Below are positions 1-9,099 of a stretch of 64,000 nt of DNA, one piece after another (the first letter of the stretch is position 1; the number at the start of each line of letters is the position of its first letter). Under the pieces are notes generated by a model. It was not told the DNA's origin. It made no database searches and saw only the letters and a list, made by a program, of their open reading frames with translations. Made by a program: the position numbers and the translations under genes. Origin of the DNA: Alphaproteobacteria bacterium (GTDB lineage Bacteria > Pseudomonadota > Alphaproteobacteria > GCA-2731375); the NCBI GenBank assembly GCA_040223615.1, contig JAVKFY010000027.1, forward strand, positions 1,220 through 65,219, read 5' to 3'.

Positions 1-234
1 AATCCTCGGAAACAACCCGTGCAGCGCACCCGGACGCCGGTTGCCACGCTCTTCATCCCGCAAGGTGATGGCTGGACGCCTCTTTGGAACTACGTCAACC
101 CGCTGACGGTCTCCTTCAATCGACCGAGAGGAGATGTGCCGTCACCGGGCGAACAAGCACTCGACCGGGTTTGGCTGCGAAATGTGACAATCGGCTTCGA
201 CCGCCTCGTCAACAGCCTCGAAGATGCGCGCTAG
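1..234 (+). CDS. C-terminal fragment of a hypothetical protein (frame open from window edge)
   Basis: Frame 1 has no stop from nt 1 (NPRKQPVQRTRTPVATLF...SLEDAR*). Stop codon at 232-234. No recognisable motif. Confidence 0.3.
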   Translation, partial: NPRKQPVQRTRTPVATLFIPQGDGWTPLWNYVNPLTVSFNRPRGDVPSPGEQALDRVWLRNVTIGFDRLVNSLEDAR

Positions 235-303
235 ATTGGCGCGCTCATTGCGGCTGGGCATGTGTCACGCGTAGCCCCGTAAACACACCTCCAGAAACGA
301 GAA

Positions 304-330
304 CGGCCCGGCCGAAGGCCGGGCCGTTTT
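304..330 (+). terminator. Putative rho-independent terminator
   Basis: GC hairpin cggcccggcc-gaag-gccgggccg followed by tttt, downstream of the partial CDS. Confidence 0.4.
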
Positions 331-342
331 ATGATCGGGCGA

Positions 343-2064
343 TCAGCTACACGCCGCGCTCTCGCCCGCATCCTCTTTCACCGCCGGAAAGCGCATCGAG
401 TCGGGCAGCCAGTCGCGGCCCTTGATGTCGTCGCCGGACGCATCGTCGCCAAGCTCGGCACAGCGCTTGAAGTGCCGGACCAACCCGGCCACCAGTGCGG
501 TCTTGCTGGTGTCCTTGAAGCTGCCCAGCCGGGAGGTACCACCGCTTTCCGCAGCGATGTCGGCCAATTGGTCCTTGCGGCGACCGGACAGGAACACGGT
601 ATCGGGTCGCCAGCACGTCTTCATGTCCACTGCCAGATCGACGGCAACCCGGTTGAACAGGCTCTCGCGGGTGTCCAGCACGTCGATGTCGTTTTGCCCG
701 AAGGTCAGGACCGTCAACAGCAGGTGCAGCCGCTCCAGATCGTCATCGGACAGGGCCGAAACGGCCTGATAGAGACCGACAGACGAGCCATGCTGGCGGG
801 ACAGCCTCGACCAGGCGCAGTCCTCGTCGTCTACCTCCGGCACCAGCAGCGTCAGCAGGTGACGGGCCTCGGCCTCCACGGCAGCGTAGGATGCTGACGG
901 TTCCTCCATCTCGGCACTGAGCGAAAGCGCCGAATGGGCATCTGTCCGGATGCGCGATGAGAAGTCATAGCCGCCCAGCATCTGCACCACGGCGATCTCC
1001 CGTGCCTTGCGCGGATTGGCCAGTAGTGCCGCCTGCACGGCCATCGTCTTGTGGGCGGCGATGTAGCGCAGCATCGGCTTTGAGTATTCAGGCTTCGGCT
1101 TGGGCGCGGCAGGCGCTTCGGCGGTTTCCGCCGCAACTTTCTCGGAGACGGTCGGCTCGGCCAACCCCTCCCTGACCTCGACACGTCCGCTCGGGCAGAA
1201 GTGAATGACCACCCCGGCCTCGTCGTCGTCCTCGGCCTCGTCGTACTGCCACCACGGCACGTGACCCGCCTGCACGACTTCAACCCATGCCGCGCTTTCC
1301 CGGTGTCGGGCGGCGAGCGCCTCGACGGCTTCGGCCTGCAACCGCAGGAACTGCTCTGCGTCATCGAAGAAGGTACTTTCCTCGCTGCCGAACAGGTCGG
1401 TGGAGAAGGTGCCGTCGTAGCGCTCAAGATCGAAGATCGCCAGCGCCACGCTCGGCTTTTCCCCGGTGAGGAGGTCGCGGATGTTCTCGGCGTCGTAGTG
1501 CCAGCCTTCCTCCAGCCGTGCGATCACGCCGCGCTGCTGTTCGTGCGTCCCCAGCGTCATCGCCTCGGCTACGGCAAGACTAAGGTCGCCGCTGCGCACC
1601 ATCTCCCTCGCCTCGGCACACAGCCCTGCGAGCGCCAGCCGCCGCTTGACGGTCAGCGCGCTCATCCCGGCCTTGGCCGCGATGTCCTCGATGTCGCCGC
1701 CGCCGTTCATCAACCCGGCGAATGCCTCGGCTTCATCCATCGCGTTCAGCGGTTCACGCTGGACGTTCTCGACGGTGGCGAGCCGCAGCGCGTCCCCGTT
1801 GTTCAAGCCCTTGCGGACTTCCACGGCGACCGGGAAGTCAGCGGCGATGTCGCCGCTCCCCGCCAGTAGCTGCATCGCCCGATAACGGCGCTCGCCGGAC
1901 ACGATCTCCCACTTGCGGCCCTTGCGCCGCACGACAAGGTTCTGCAACAGGCCGTCGGCCCTGATGGAAGCGGCCAGCCCTTCGATGGCGGCCACGTCCG
2001 CCGCCTTACGGGGATTGGCCTTCGGCGGCAGTAGCTGCCCCAGCTTTACGGTCTCTAACGTCAT
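343..2064 (-). CDS. ParB/Srx-like nuclease domain protein (573 aa), island-type
   Basis: N-terminal ParB/sulfiredoxin-like motifs (…NLVVRRKGRKWEIVSGERRYRA…) with a long C-terminal extension. GGAG 8 nt upstream of the ATG at 2062-2064. Confidence 0.7.
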   Translation of the reverse strand: MTLETVKLGQLLPPKANPRKAADVAAIEGLAASIRADGLLQNLVVRRKGRKWEIVSGERRYRAMQLLAGSGDIAADFPVAVEVRKGLNNGDALRLATVENVQREPLNAMDEAEAFAGLMNGGGDIEDIAAKAGMSALTVKRRLALAGLCAEAREMVRSGDLSLAVAEAMTLGTHEQQRGVIARLEEGWHYDAENIRDLLTGEKPSVALAIFDLERYDGTFSTDLFGSEESTFFDDAEQFLRLQAEAVEALAARHRESAAWVEVVQAGHVPWWQYDEAEDDDEAGVVIHFCPSGRVEVREGLAEPTVSEKVAAETAEAPAAPKPKPEYSKPMLRYIAAHKTMAVQAALLANPRKAREIAVVQMLGGYDFSSRIRTDAHSALSLSAEMEEPSASYAAVEAEARHLLTLLVPEVDDEDCAWSRLSRQHGSSVGLYQAVSALSDDDLERLHLLLTVLTFGQNDIDVLDTRESLFNRVAVDLAVDMKTCWRPDTVFLSGRRKDQLADIAAESGGTSRLGSFKDTSKTALVAGLVRHFKRCAELGDDASGDDIKGRDWLPDSMRFPAVKEDAGESAACS

Positions 2065-2619
2065 GGTCTTGCTCCTTTGGTCAGTTGGCGATGCTCAACG
2101 GCCCCATGTCCCCAACGGACACACGCCCGCGCATCAACCTCTGCCCAGCGGCGAGCGACCCCAGACCTTCAAACTGCGACCGCAGGGAGCACCTTCAGCG
2201 GGGTCGCGCCGACCCCCGGCAGGCGACAAGGAAGCCGCCCGCAGGGGTATTCGCCCCAACACGGGAGGCCGCCGCAGGCGGCCGAATGGAGCGGGCCGGG
2301 GCGAACGGCGACCTTGGCTTAGCCCTGCCGGAGTCGGCATAAGCTGTGGCCAGAGGGAACAGCGCGGTAGCGCGCCTCAACCGCAGCCCGAAGGGCCGAC
2401 CGTACCGGGGCGTTGCGGGGTGTCCCCGCTCGAAGGGGGTGTGTCGAAGACCCCGGGCTGAGACCAGGGGGAAGACTTTCCCCTCACAGATATCGACCGA
2501 AAGGAACTCGATCACGACAATACATGCAGTCATCGATAGGGATTGGGCCGATTGCCGGAACCGTCTCATCGAAGCACCGCGACGGTGCCGCCGTGGATGG
2601 ACAAGACGGCGGACATTGC

Positions 2620-2689
2620 TTCGTTCAAATGTGCTTTAGATGATCATCGATTTGATATATAAGACTTGGTAGATTCAGAAAGATGCTAA
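2620..2689 (+). promoter_or_regulatory. AT-rich putative promoter region upstream of the Qat operon
   Basis: Abrupt drop to ~35-40% GC (tgatcatcgatttgatatataagacttggtagattcagaaagatgctaaa) immediately before the qatA ATG at 2690, in an otherwise ~68% GC genome. Confidence 0.3.
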
Positions 2690-4555
2690 ATGTGGTCGGA
2701 TAACGAAACAAATAGAGATTTCCTGAACTTCCGTACCGTAGCCGTCACGGCTGCGGAAATGATAAGTCAGGCTAACGGTCAGCCCCTGTCGCTCGGGGTC
2801 TCGGGTAATTGGGGTGTTGGAAAGTCGTCAATGATTCGCTTGATTCGGGACGAACTGGAGTCCCGCAGCGATAAGACGTTCCTCACGGTCGAGTTCAATG
2901 CTTGGCTGTACCAAGGATTCGACGACGCACGCGCCGCGCTAATGGAAACCATTGCCAATGCACTACTGGCACACGCAAAGGACAACCAGACTGCCGTCGA
3001 CAAAGCGACAGAGTTCCTGAAGCGGGTGAACTGGGTGCGAGCAGCCGGTCTGGCGGTTGGGTCCGGCATGTCCATGGCTTTCGGACTACCACCGACCGGA
3101 CTTCTTGGAGAAGCGGTGCGCACCTACCAGGGGCTTGCCGATGGAGAGGTGACGCAGGAGGACTTGGATGCGGCAAAGGCAACGGGTTCCAATGCTGGCA
3201 AAGCCGGATCGTCACTGATCAAGCAAGCGCCTCAGACAACGCCGCCGCAAGAAATCCAGGACCTGCGTCGCCACTTTAGCGACACCCTCAAGGATATGGA
3301 CATTACTTTGGTAGTGTTCATTGATGACCTGGACCGCTGCCTACCAAATACGGCCATCGCTACTCTCGAAGCAATTCGGCTGTTCCTGTTCCTGGAGCAC
3401 ACTGCATTCATTATTGCAGCCGATGACAAGATGATTAGGCGCGCTGTACGGGCGCATTTCCAGTCCGTCGACCTCGACGATGAACTGGTGACCAATTATT
3501 TCGATAAGTTGATCCAGGTTCCACTTCGAGTCCCGCCCCTGGGTACCCAGGATGTACGCGCCTATCTGATGCTATTATTCATTGAGAATAGCGAACTTTC
3601 GCAGGAGAAGAGAGACTCCTTGCGCGAGGATATCTGCACGCAACTGGGTCAGACGTGGCTCGGCAAGAGAGTGGATCGGGCCTTCGTCGCGGGGTTGATC
3701 AAAGAGTGCCCGGAGCAACTGTCGCATCAGCTTGATCTTGCCGATCGGCTCGCGCCGATCATGACAACCTCTCCGCAGATTTCAGGTAACCCTCGGCTAA
3801 TCAAGCGGTTCTTGAACACCCTGTCGATTCGCATGTCGATCGCCCGAAGTCAGAATGTCCCTGCCGATGAAGCCGCTCTGGCCAAGATGCTGCTATTTGA
3901 GCGCTGTGGCAGCGAGGCCGCCTATGCAGATTTGGTGCGAGCCATCAACGAACATGACAAGGGCAAGCCACTGTTCCTCGGCCCGTGGGAGGAGGCTGTG
4001 GCGTCGGGCGGCGAACTACCCGAGACGATGCCGCAAGCATGGCAAGACGAATTCGTGAAGGACTGGTTGGCGCTCTCACCACCTTTCGCAGACCTGGACC
4101 TGCGGGCCGTCGCCTACGTCAGCCGCGAGCACCTGCCGATCATTGCCGCGGCAGACCAACTCAGCCCGGAGGGCGCTGATCTGCTCGGCGCTCTGTATGC
4201 AGTGAAAGAGCAGCCCAGCAAGGCGCTTGCAGTCAAGCTCAAGACGCTGAGCAAGCGCGAGATCACGTTCATCATGGCACGCCTGCTGGACCGGGCGCGC
4301 ACCGTCGATACCTGGGGTAGGCCGCCTATTCTGAATGCCTGCCTGACGGTGATTGAGGCAGACGACGGCCAGGCTGAACCCCTCGCAAATTTCCTCCGTC
4401 GTGATATTCCACTGGCTCGGCTCGAACCGTCGATCGTCGTCCTGCTTGCACACAAGACATGGGCGAAGGCCGTGCTGACGCATTGGGCTAACCAAAGCGA
4501 AACACCCGGTCCGGTGAAGAAGGCGATAGCCAGCGAAGCGAAGGGCAAGAAGTAG
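2690..4555 (+). CDS. qatA: QatA-like KAP-family P-loop NTPase
   Basis: Walker A GVSGNWGVGKSS near the N-terminus. 621 aa. First gene of four translationally coupled ORFs. Low GC relative to the host. Confidence 0.8.
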   Translation: MWSDNETNRDFLNFRTVAVTAAEMISQANGQPLSLGVSGNWGVGKSSMIRLIRDELESRSDKTFLTVEFNAWLYQGFDDARAALMETIANALLAHAKDNQTAVDKATEFLKRVNWVRAAGLAVGSGMSMAFGLPPTGLLGEAVRTYQGLADGEVTQEDLDAAKATGSNAGKAGSSLIKQAPQTTPPQEIQDLRRHFSDTLKDMDITLVVFIDDLDRCLPNTAIATLEAIRLFLFLEHTAFIIAADDKMIRRAVRAHFQSVDLDDELVTNYFDKLIQVPLRVPPLGTQDVRAYLMLLFIENSELSQEKRDSLREDICTQLGQTWLGKRVDRAFVAGLIKECPEQLSHQLDLADRLAPIMTTSPQISGNPRLIKRFLNTLSIRMSIARSQNVPADEAALAKMLLFERCGSEAAYADLVRAINEHDKGKPLFLGPWEEAVASGGELPETMPQAWQDEFVKDWLALSPPFADLDLRAVAYVSREHLPIIAAADQLSPEGADLLGALYAVKEQPSKALAVKLKTLSKREITFIMARLLDRARTVDTWGRPPILNACLTVIEADDGQAEPLANFLRRDIPLARLEPSIVVLLAHKTWAKAVLTHWANQSETPGPVKKAIASEAKGKK

Positions 4556-5466
4556 TGGGTACGTCGTCTTCCAGCAAAGGACCGGGAGGTGGCGTACCTC
4601 TGATACCGCCCTGGGTTCCGCCTGCTCCGCCGCAGAACCCGCCCGCGCCACCGCAGCAGCCTGCGCCAGCGCCCGGAGGCCCGCCGTCTCAGCCGAAGCC
4701 ATCTACGCCGCCGTCTCAGCCTGCACCGGGCCAGCCCGCACAGGTCGCAGCGCCACAACCCGCACCGGCAAGACCACCGGCGGGACCCAAGGCACCACCT
4801 CGCCGCTTTGCGGGCGCACGACAAAGCCTTGGCAGGTTTGCGAAGACTGGTTCGCAGGGTGATCTCGGCAGAGCACTAGGCCACTACACACGGACCGGCC
4901 TCGGCGGCGCTGGCCGCGCGGCAGGCCGTATGAACCGGACGGCGCAGCGCGCCGGACAACTCTACGGTGTCCTCGACGCACTGCGGACAGGCACGCCGAC
5001 ACCGGTCGATCTGGGCGTCAGCGTCGCAACGCTTACCGGCCTTCCTGCCCGCGACGTGGCCGATCGCGTCGCCAACGCACTGCATCCACCGGATGGAACG
5101 CAGGATGCGGAAGCTGGGCGAGATGCCATGGCACGCGCGTTGGCAGACGTGCAGAACGCCGCACCGGCCGCCGATCTGACCTCCCCCACGCCGGAACAGA
5201 TCGGCGTCATCATTGAACGCTACGTTGCCTACGACCTCTGCAATCGCATCGAGTTGGATATCGGCCAAGCTGTGCTGGACAAAGCGCCGAGCTATGCCGA
5301 GGGCATGCGACGCCTTGAGCAGATTGAGCGCTATGTGCGCGAGAAAGTGTCGGCACAGTTCAGAAGCAGGGAGGACCAGGGTCAGCGGCTGACCAGGCAG
5401 AGCGCCGAAGGTCTATCCCGAGGAGTGATCGAGGACACATTTGAAGTCTTCGAGGAGTACGTGTGA
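4555..5466 (+). CDS. qatB: QatB-like protein with Pro-rich N-terminal region
   Basis: GTG start overlaps the qatA stop (TAGTG). N-terminus MGTSSSSKGPGGG followed by PPxPP low-complexity sequence, then a globular C-terminal half. Position between the KAP ATPase and QueC-like genes matches Qat organisation. Confidence 0.65.
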   Translation: MGTSSSSKGPGGGVPLIPPWVPPAPPQNPPAPPQQPAPAPGGPPSQPKPSTPPSQPAPGQPAQVAAPQPAPARPPAGPKAPPRRFAGARQSLGRFAKTGSQGDLGRALGHYTRTGLGGAGRAAGRMNRTAQRAGQLYGVLDALRTGTPTPVDLGVSVATLTGLPARDVADRVANALHPPDGTQDAEAGRDAMARALADVQNAAPAADLTSPTPEQIGVIIERYVAYDLCNRIELDIGQAVLDKAPSYAEGMRRLEQIERYVREKVSAQFRSREDQGQRLTRQSAEGLSRGVIEDTFEVFEEYV

Positions 5467-6734
5467 TGCGCGTTCACTGTGCTCCGGCGGGAATCAAGAC
5501 GAAGCGATCGGACCTGCGGTACGTGCTCTACGAGCACTCCACCGATCCCGCGGTCGGCTCGATTGGCCCATCCATCATTTCCAGCGTCCGGAAATTCGGC
5601 CTGGCACCCTCAGCGAGGGCATGGGACTTCCTCTCAATCGCGCTCTCGGTCATCGGTGCCGATGAGGGCTGCACGCGAGCTACCAGTCCGGATGGATGGA
5701 CACGGGAAATCGAGCTGACCGTTTCTGTTGCCGATCCGAAGTTCTGGACATCGCAAACAGATCTGCTTGCCGCAGCGCTCTGCTTCCTGACCGGCGATAT
5801 CTGGTATCTGACGTTCGTGGCCGATGGCCTTTCGCCAACGCCACCGAAACACGCAGAGCCAAGGCAGGAGGACGCCGTCTGTCTATTGTCCGGCGGCATG
5901 GACAGCTTGATTGGCGCTCTGGATCTTCGGGCCGCTGGCAAAAGCCTCCTGTTCGTCAGCCAAGTGGCCAAAGGCGACAAGAAGACGCAGAGTTTCTTGG
6001 CGCAGGCGGTCGGTGGCAACCACGGACACCTGCAACTCAACCATCTGGTGCATCCGCCCGGTCCGTCCGAGCGCTCACAACGTGCACGCTCGCTGATCTT
6101 TCTAGGTTTCGGTGTCCTCGCAGCCACCAGCCTTCAGACCTATACCGGCGGCGCACCCGCCGACCTGTACATGCCGGAGAACGGGTTCATCAGTATCAAT
6201 GTAGCGCTGACACCGTTGCGCCTGGGTAGCTTGAGCACGCGCACAACGCACCCCTACTTCATCGGCCTGATCCAACAACTGTTGGGCAACGCAGGCATAA
6301 ACGTGCGTATCGTCAACCCGTATCAGTTCAAGACCAAGGGTGAGATGCTTGTTGGCTGCCAGAATCAGGCGTTCTTGAAAAAGCACATCGGCATCACCAC
6401 AAGCTGCGGCCGTTACGCCCGCAGTGGCTTCATGCATTGCGGTCGCTGCGTCCCCTGCTTGGTTAGACGCTCAGCCTTTCACCGTTGGGGTACCGACCCG
6501 ACAGCCGCTTACAAGTTCGATGACCTGTCAAAGCCCGACCACAGGCATCGTGACTTCGACGATGTACGCTCCGTCGGCATGGCCATCGAGATGGTACGCA
6601 AACGGGGTTTCGATCGCTGGGCGGGCGGCGCGATCAATGCAGCCCAGCTTGGCGACACCGCGCCGTATCGGGCGGTGGTGCAAAGGGGCCTGAAGGAAAT
6701 GAGCACCTACCTGAAGGCTGTCGGTGCCCTGTGA
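5463..6734 (+). CDS. qatC: QatC-like QueC-family PP-loop ATPase
   Basis: PP-loop motif LLSGGMDSLIGA. C-terminal Cys cluster CGRYARSGFMHCGRCVPC resembles the QueC zinc site. Start overlaps the qatB stop (GTGTGATG). Confidence 0.85.
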   Translation: MMRVHCAPAGIKTKRSDLRYVLYEHSTDPAVGSIGPSIISSVRKFGLAPSARAWDFLSIALSVIGADEGCTRATSPDGWTREIELTVSVADPKFWTSQTDLLAAALCFLTGDIWYLTFVADGLSPTPPKHAEPRQEDAVCLLSGGMDSLIGALDLRAAGKSLLFVSQVAKGDKKTQSFLAQAVGGNHGHLQLNHLVHPPGPSERSQRARSLIFLGFGVLAATSLQTYTGGAPADLYMPENGFISINVALTPLRLGSLSTRTTHPYFIGLIQQLLGNAGINVRIVNPYQFKTKGEMLVGCQNQAFLKKHIGITTSCGRYARSGFMHCGRCVPCLVRRSAFHRWGTDPTAAYKFDDLSKPDHRHRDFDDVRSVGMAIEMVRKRGFDRWAGGAINAAQLGDTAPYRAVVQRGLKEMSTYLKAVGAL

Positions 6735-7504
6735 TCGATTTCCACTGCCATGTCGATCTCTTCCCTGACCCCAAGGCCGTGCTGGCGGAGATCGAGGCGC
6801 GCGGCATGTATGTCCTTGTGGTCACGACGACCCCAAAGGCGTGGAAAGGAACGTCGCAGTTGGTGGCCGGGCACAAGCGGGTACGGGTGTCTCCGGGCCT
6901 GCATCCTGAGCTGGTGGCCGAGCGGCACACAGAGATGCCGCTGCTGTGCCATCTTGTCGGACAGTCGCCCTATGTGGGCGAAGTTGGCCTGGATGGAAGC
7001 CCCCAGCACAAGGGCAGCTACAAGCGCCAGGAAGAGGTGCTGGCACGAGTGCTTGGGGAGTGCAGAACACTGGGGGGCCGCATCCTCAGTATACATTCAC
7101 GCGCCGCAGCGAGCGGCGTCCTCGACCTAATTGAGGAACACTCGGGACTAGGCGTTCCTGTCCTGCACTGGTTTTCGGGCCGACCACGGGAACTGGACCG
7201 TGCAATTTCTCTTGGGTGCTGGTTCAGTGTGGGTCCGGCGATGACCCGCACGAAGAAAGGTCGCGCACTGGTCGAAGCGATGCCTGCTGACAGAGTACTT
7301 ACGGAAACCGATGGTCCGTTTGCACTGGCACAGAACAAATCCGGCAGCCTTATGCCTTGGGATGTGAGCCAAGCAGAGCGTGATCTGGCAGACTGCTGGC
7401 GGCAGGAAGAAGCTGAGGCTCGGGACACATTGATGTCTAACCTGCGCCGCCTTACGGACATTGCTAATGGAATCCCGCTGAAGCCTCGGACTGTCACTTT
7501 GTGA
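6731..7504 (+). CDS. qatD: QatD-like TatD-family metal-dependent DNase
   Basis: N-terminus MIDFHCHVDLF is the TatD signature. GTG start overlaps the qatC stop (GTGA). Confidence 0.85.
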   Translation: MIDFHCHVDLFPDPKAVLAEIEARGMYVLVVTTTPKAWKGTSQLVAGHKRVRVSPGLHPELVAERHTEMPLLCHLVGQSPYVGEVGLDGSPQHKGSYKRQEEVLARVLGECRTLGGRILSIHSRAAASGVLDLIEEHSGLGVPVLHWFSGRPRELDRAISLGCWFSVGPAMTRTKKGRALVEAMPADRVLTETDGPFALAQNKSGSLMPWDVSQAERDLADCWRQEEAEARDTLMSNLRRLTDIANGIPLKPRTVTL

Positions 7505-7617
7505 GAAGCGCACCCGTTTGCAGGTGCAAGCTCACCAAACTGGGTTGCTGATCATTCTGGAATCACGTCGCGCCTTCGACTATGTTTCCGCCACCCAATA
7601 GGAATCGGAGTCCCCGC

Positions 7618-7911
7618 ATGCCTCGCCGAAAATCCGTCGCCATCGATGAGAAGAACCTGAAAAAGGGTGAACTGCGCAAGCTCAACGCACTGCGCAAGTC
7701 GCTTGGCCCCGATATCGCCGAAAGAGCGTTCTCCGAATGGTATTCGGCCAGGCCGGAGCTTAGTGAAGACATTCCGGACCGCGGCGCAGAGATGATCGCC
7801 GAAGCGGTCTACAAGCTGGTAGATGGCAAGAACCTCCAAATTCCACGTGGAGGCTATTTGGTGCGTCGTGGCCGCGGGCGGGTTATTGTCGAAAGATTGA
7901 ACTCAGACTAA
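7618..7911 (+). CDS. Small basic hypothetical protein (97 aa; alternative upstream start at 7582)
   Basis: GGAG 8 nt upstream of the ATG at 7618. Lys/Arg-rich N-terminus (PRRKSVAIDEKNLKKGELRKLNALRK). Low GC. Lies immediately upstream of the DUF3800-like gene. Confidence 0.45.
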   Translation: MPRRKSVAIDEKNLKKGELRKLNALRKSLGPDIAERAFSEWYSARPELSEDIPDRGAEMIAEAVYKLVDGKNLQIPRGGYLVRRGRGRVIVERLNSD

Positions 7912-7973
7912 CCTATACTCTTGCGGCCGTTCCTCGACCGCGCGATGGCAGGAACGTTGGTTTCTAAAGAAGT

Positions 7974-9050
7974 ATGACAACTATCTATCTGGACGAGACT
8001 GGATTCACAGGCGAGGACCTGCTTGCAAAAGACCAGCCTGTTTTCGTCCAGGCAACAATGAACTACAATCAAGAAGAAGCTCGCGATCTAATCTCAACCT
8101 ACTTCCCTGCCTTGAAGGCAGATGAACTTAAATACTCTCGATTGCGCAGGAATCCCAAGCACAGAGAGAGTGTCATAAGACTAATTGAGCGGGTATCTTC
8201 GGATTCCGACCGATCGGCCACGTGGATTGCGCATAAGGAGTTCGCTCTTGTAACGCTCCTTGTCGACTGGTGGGTTGAGCCACTCGCACACGAGAGCGGC
8301 TTCAATCTGTACGAGGATGGCGCAAATCTGGCGATGGCTAATCTGTTCTTCTACTGTATGGAAGGCTTCTGGCATCGGGGGTTTCGTACGAAGCTCTTGT
8401 TCCAGTTTCAAAGAATGATGCGAACCAGAAACCCGCAATACTTCCGGGAGTGTCGGGCTTTCATCAACCGAGAACGGGGGCGAACCGATGACAACCGAGA
8501 AGAGATCATACGATACCTCTGGCCCTCATTCGAACTACTCGGATTCTCTCATGTGAGAGGGTTGCCGAACCAAGTGTTGGATATCGCACTACCTGGTTTG
8601 GTCGCTCTCGGGCAAACGTGGCGATCACGCGACGAAGGTCACTGGTCGGTTGTGCATGATCAGTCGTCCAATATGGCGAAGCAGAAATGGCTATGGGACG
8701 CTCTGTCTTCGCCGGAAGTGGCTGCCGCGCGATTTGACGGCCCTGCTGGCCCTCAGCATTTCCCCATGAATGTTACCGAGACCCGGTTCGCCGACTCGAA
8801 GAGCGAAATCCAGCTTCAACTCTGCGACGTTCTCGCCGGAGCTACAGCGACATACCTAAGGCGCTCCGTGGAACAAGTCGATGATGTGGGCTATGCGGAG
8901 ACATTGGCGCGGGCAGGAATCGACAACCTAATCATAGGCGGCCTCTGGCCAAGGCCCGAGGTGTCGCCGGATGAGCTGGGCATGCGGGGCTGGGATGGCA
9001 ACAAGGCCATTGAATGGATCAGTGATCAGATAGCGAGAAGCAGAAGGTAG
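7974..9050 (+). CDS. DUF3800-like protein (358 aa)
   Basis: Starts MTTIYLDETGFTG (DUF3800-type Y-x-D-E-T-G). C-terminal IQLQLCDVLAGA motif. ~45% GC, strongly atypical for this genome. Confidence 0.65.
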   Translation: MTTIYLDETGFTGEDLLAKDQPVFVQATMNYNQEEARDLISTYFPALKADELKYSRLRRNPKHRESVIRLIERVSSDSDRSATWIAHKEFALVTLLVDWWVEPLAHESGFNLYEDGANLAMANLFFYCMEGFWHRGFRTKLLFQFQRMMRTRNPQYFRECRAFINRERGRTDDNREEIIRYLWPSFELLGFSHVRGLPNQVLDIALPGLVALGQTWRSRDEGHWSVVHDQSSNMAKQKWLWDALSSPEVAAARFDGPAGPQHFPMNVTETRFADSKSEIQLQLCDVLAGATATYLRRSVEQVDDVGYAETLARAGIDNLIIGGLWPRPEVSPDELGMRGWDGNKAIEWISDQIARSRR

Positions 9051-9099
9051 CAGGGACTCACGCGAGCTTCCGTCAGGAGCACGAAAACGCCGATCAGGA

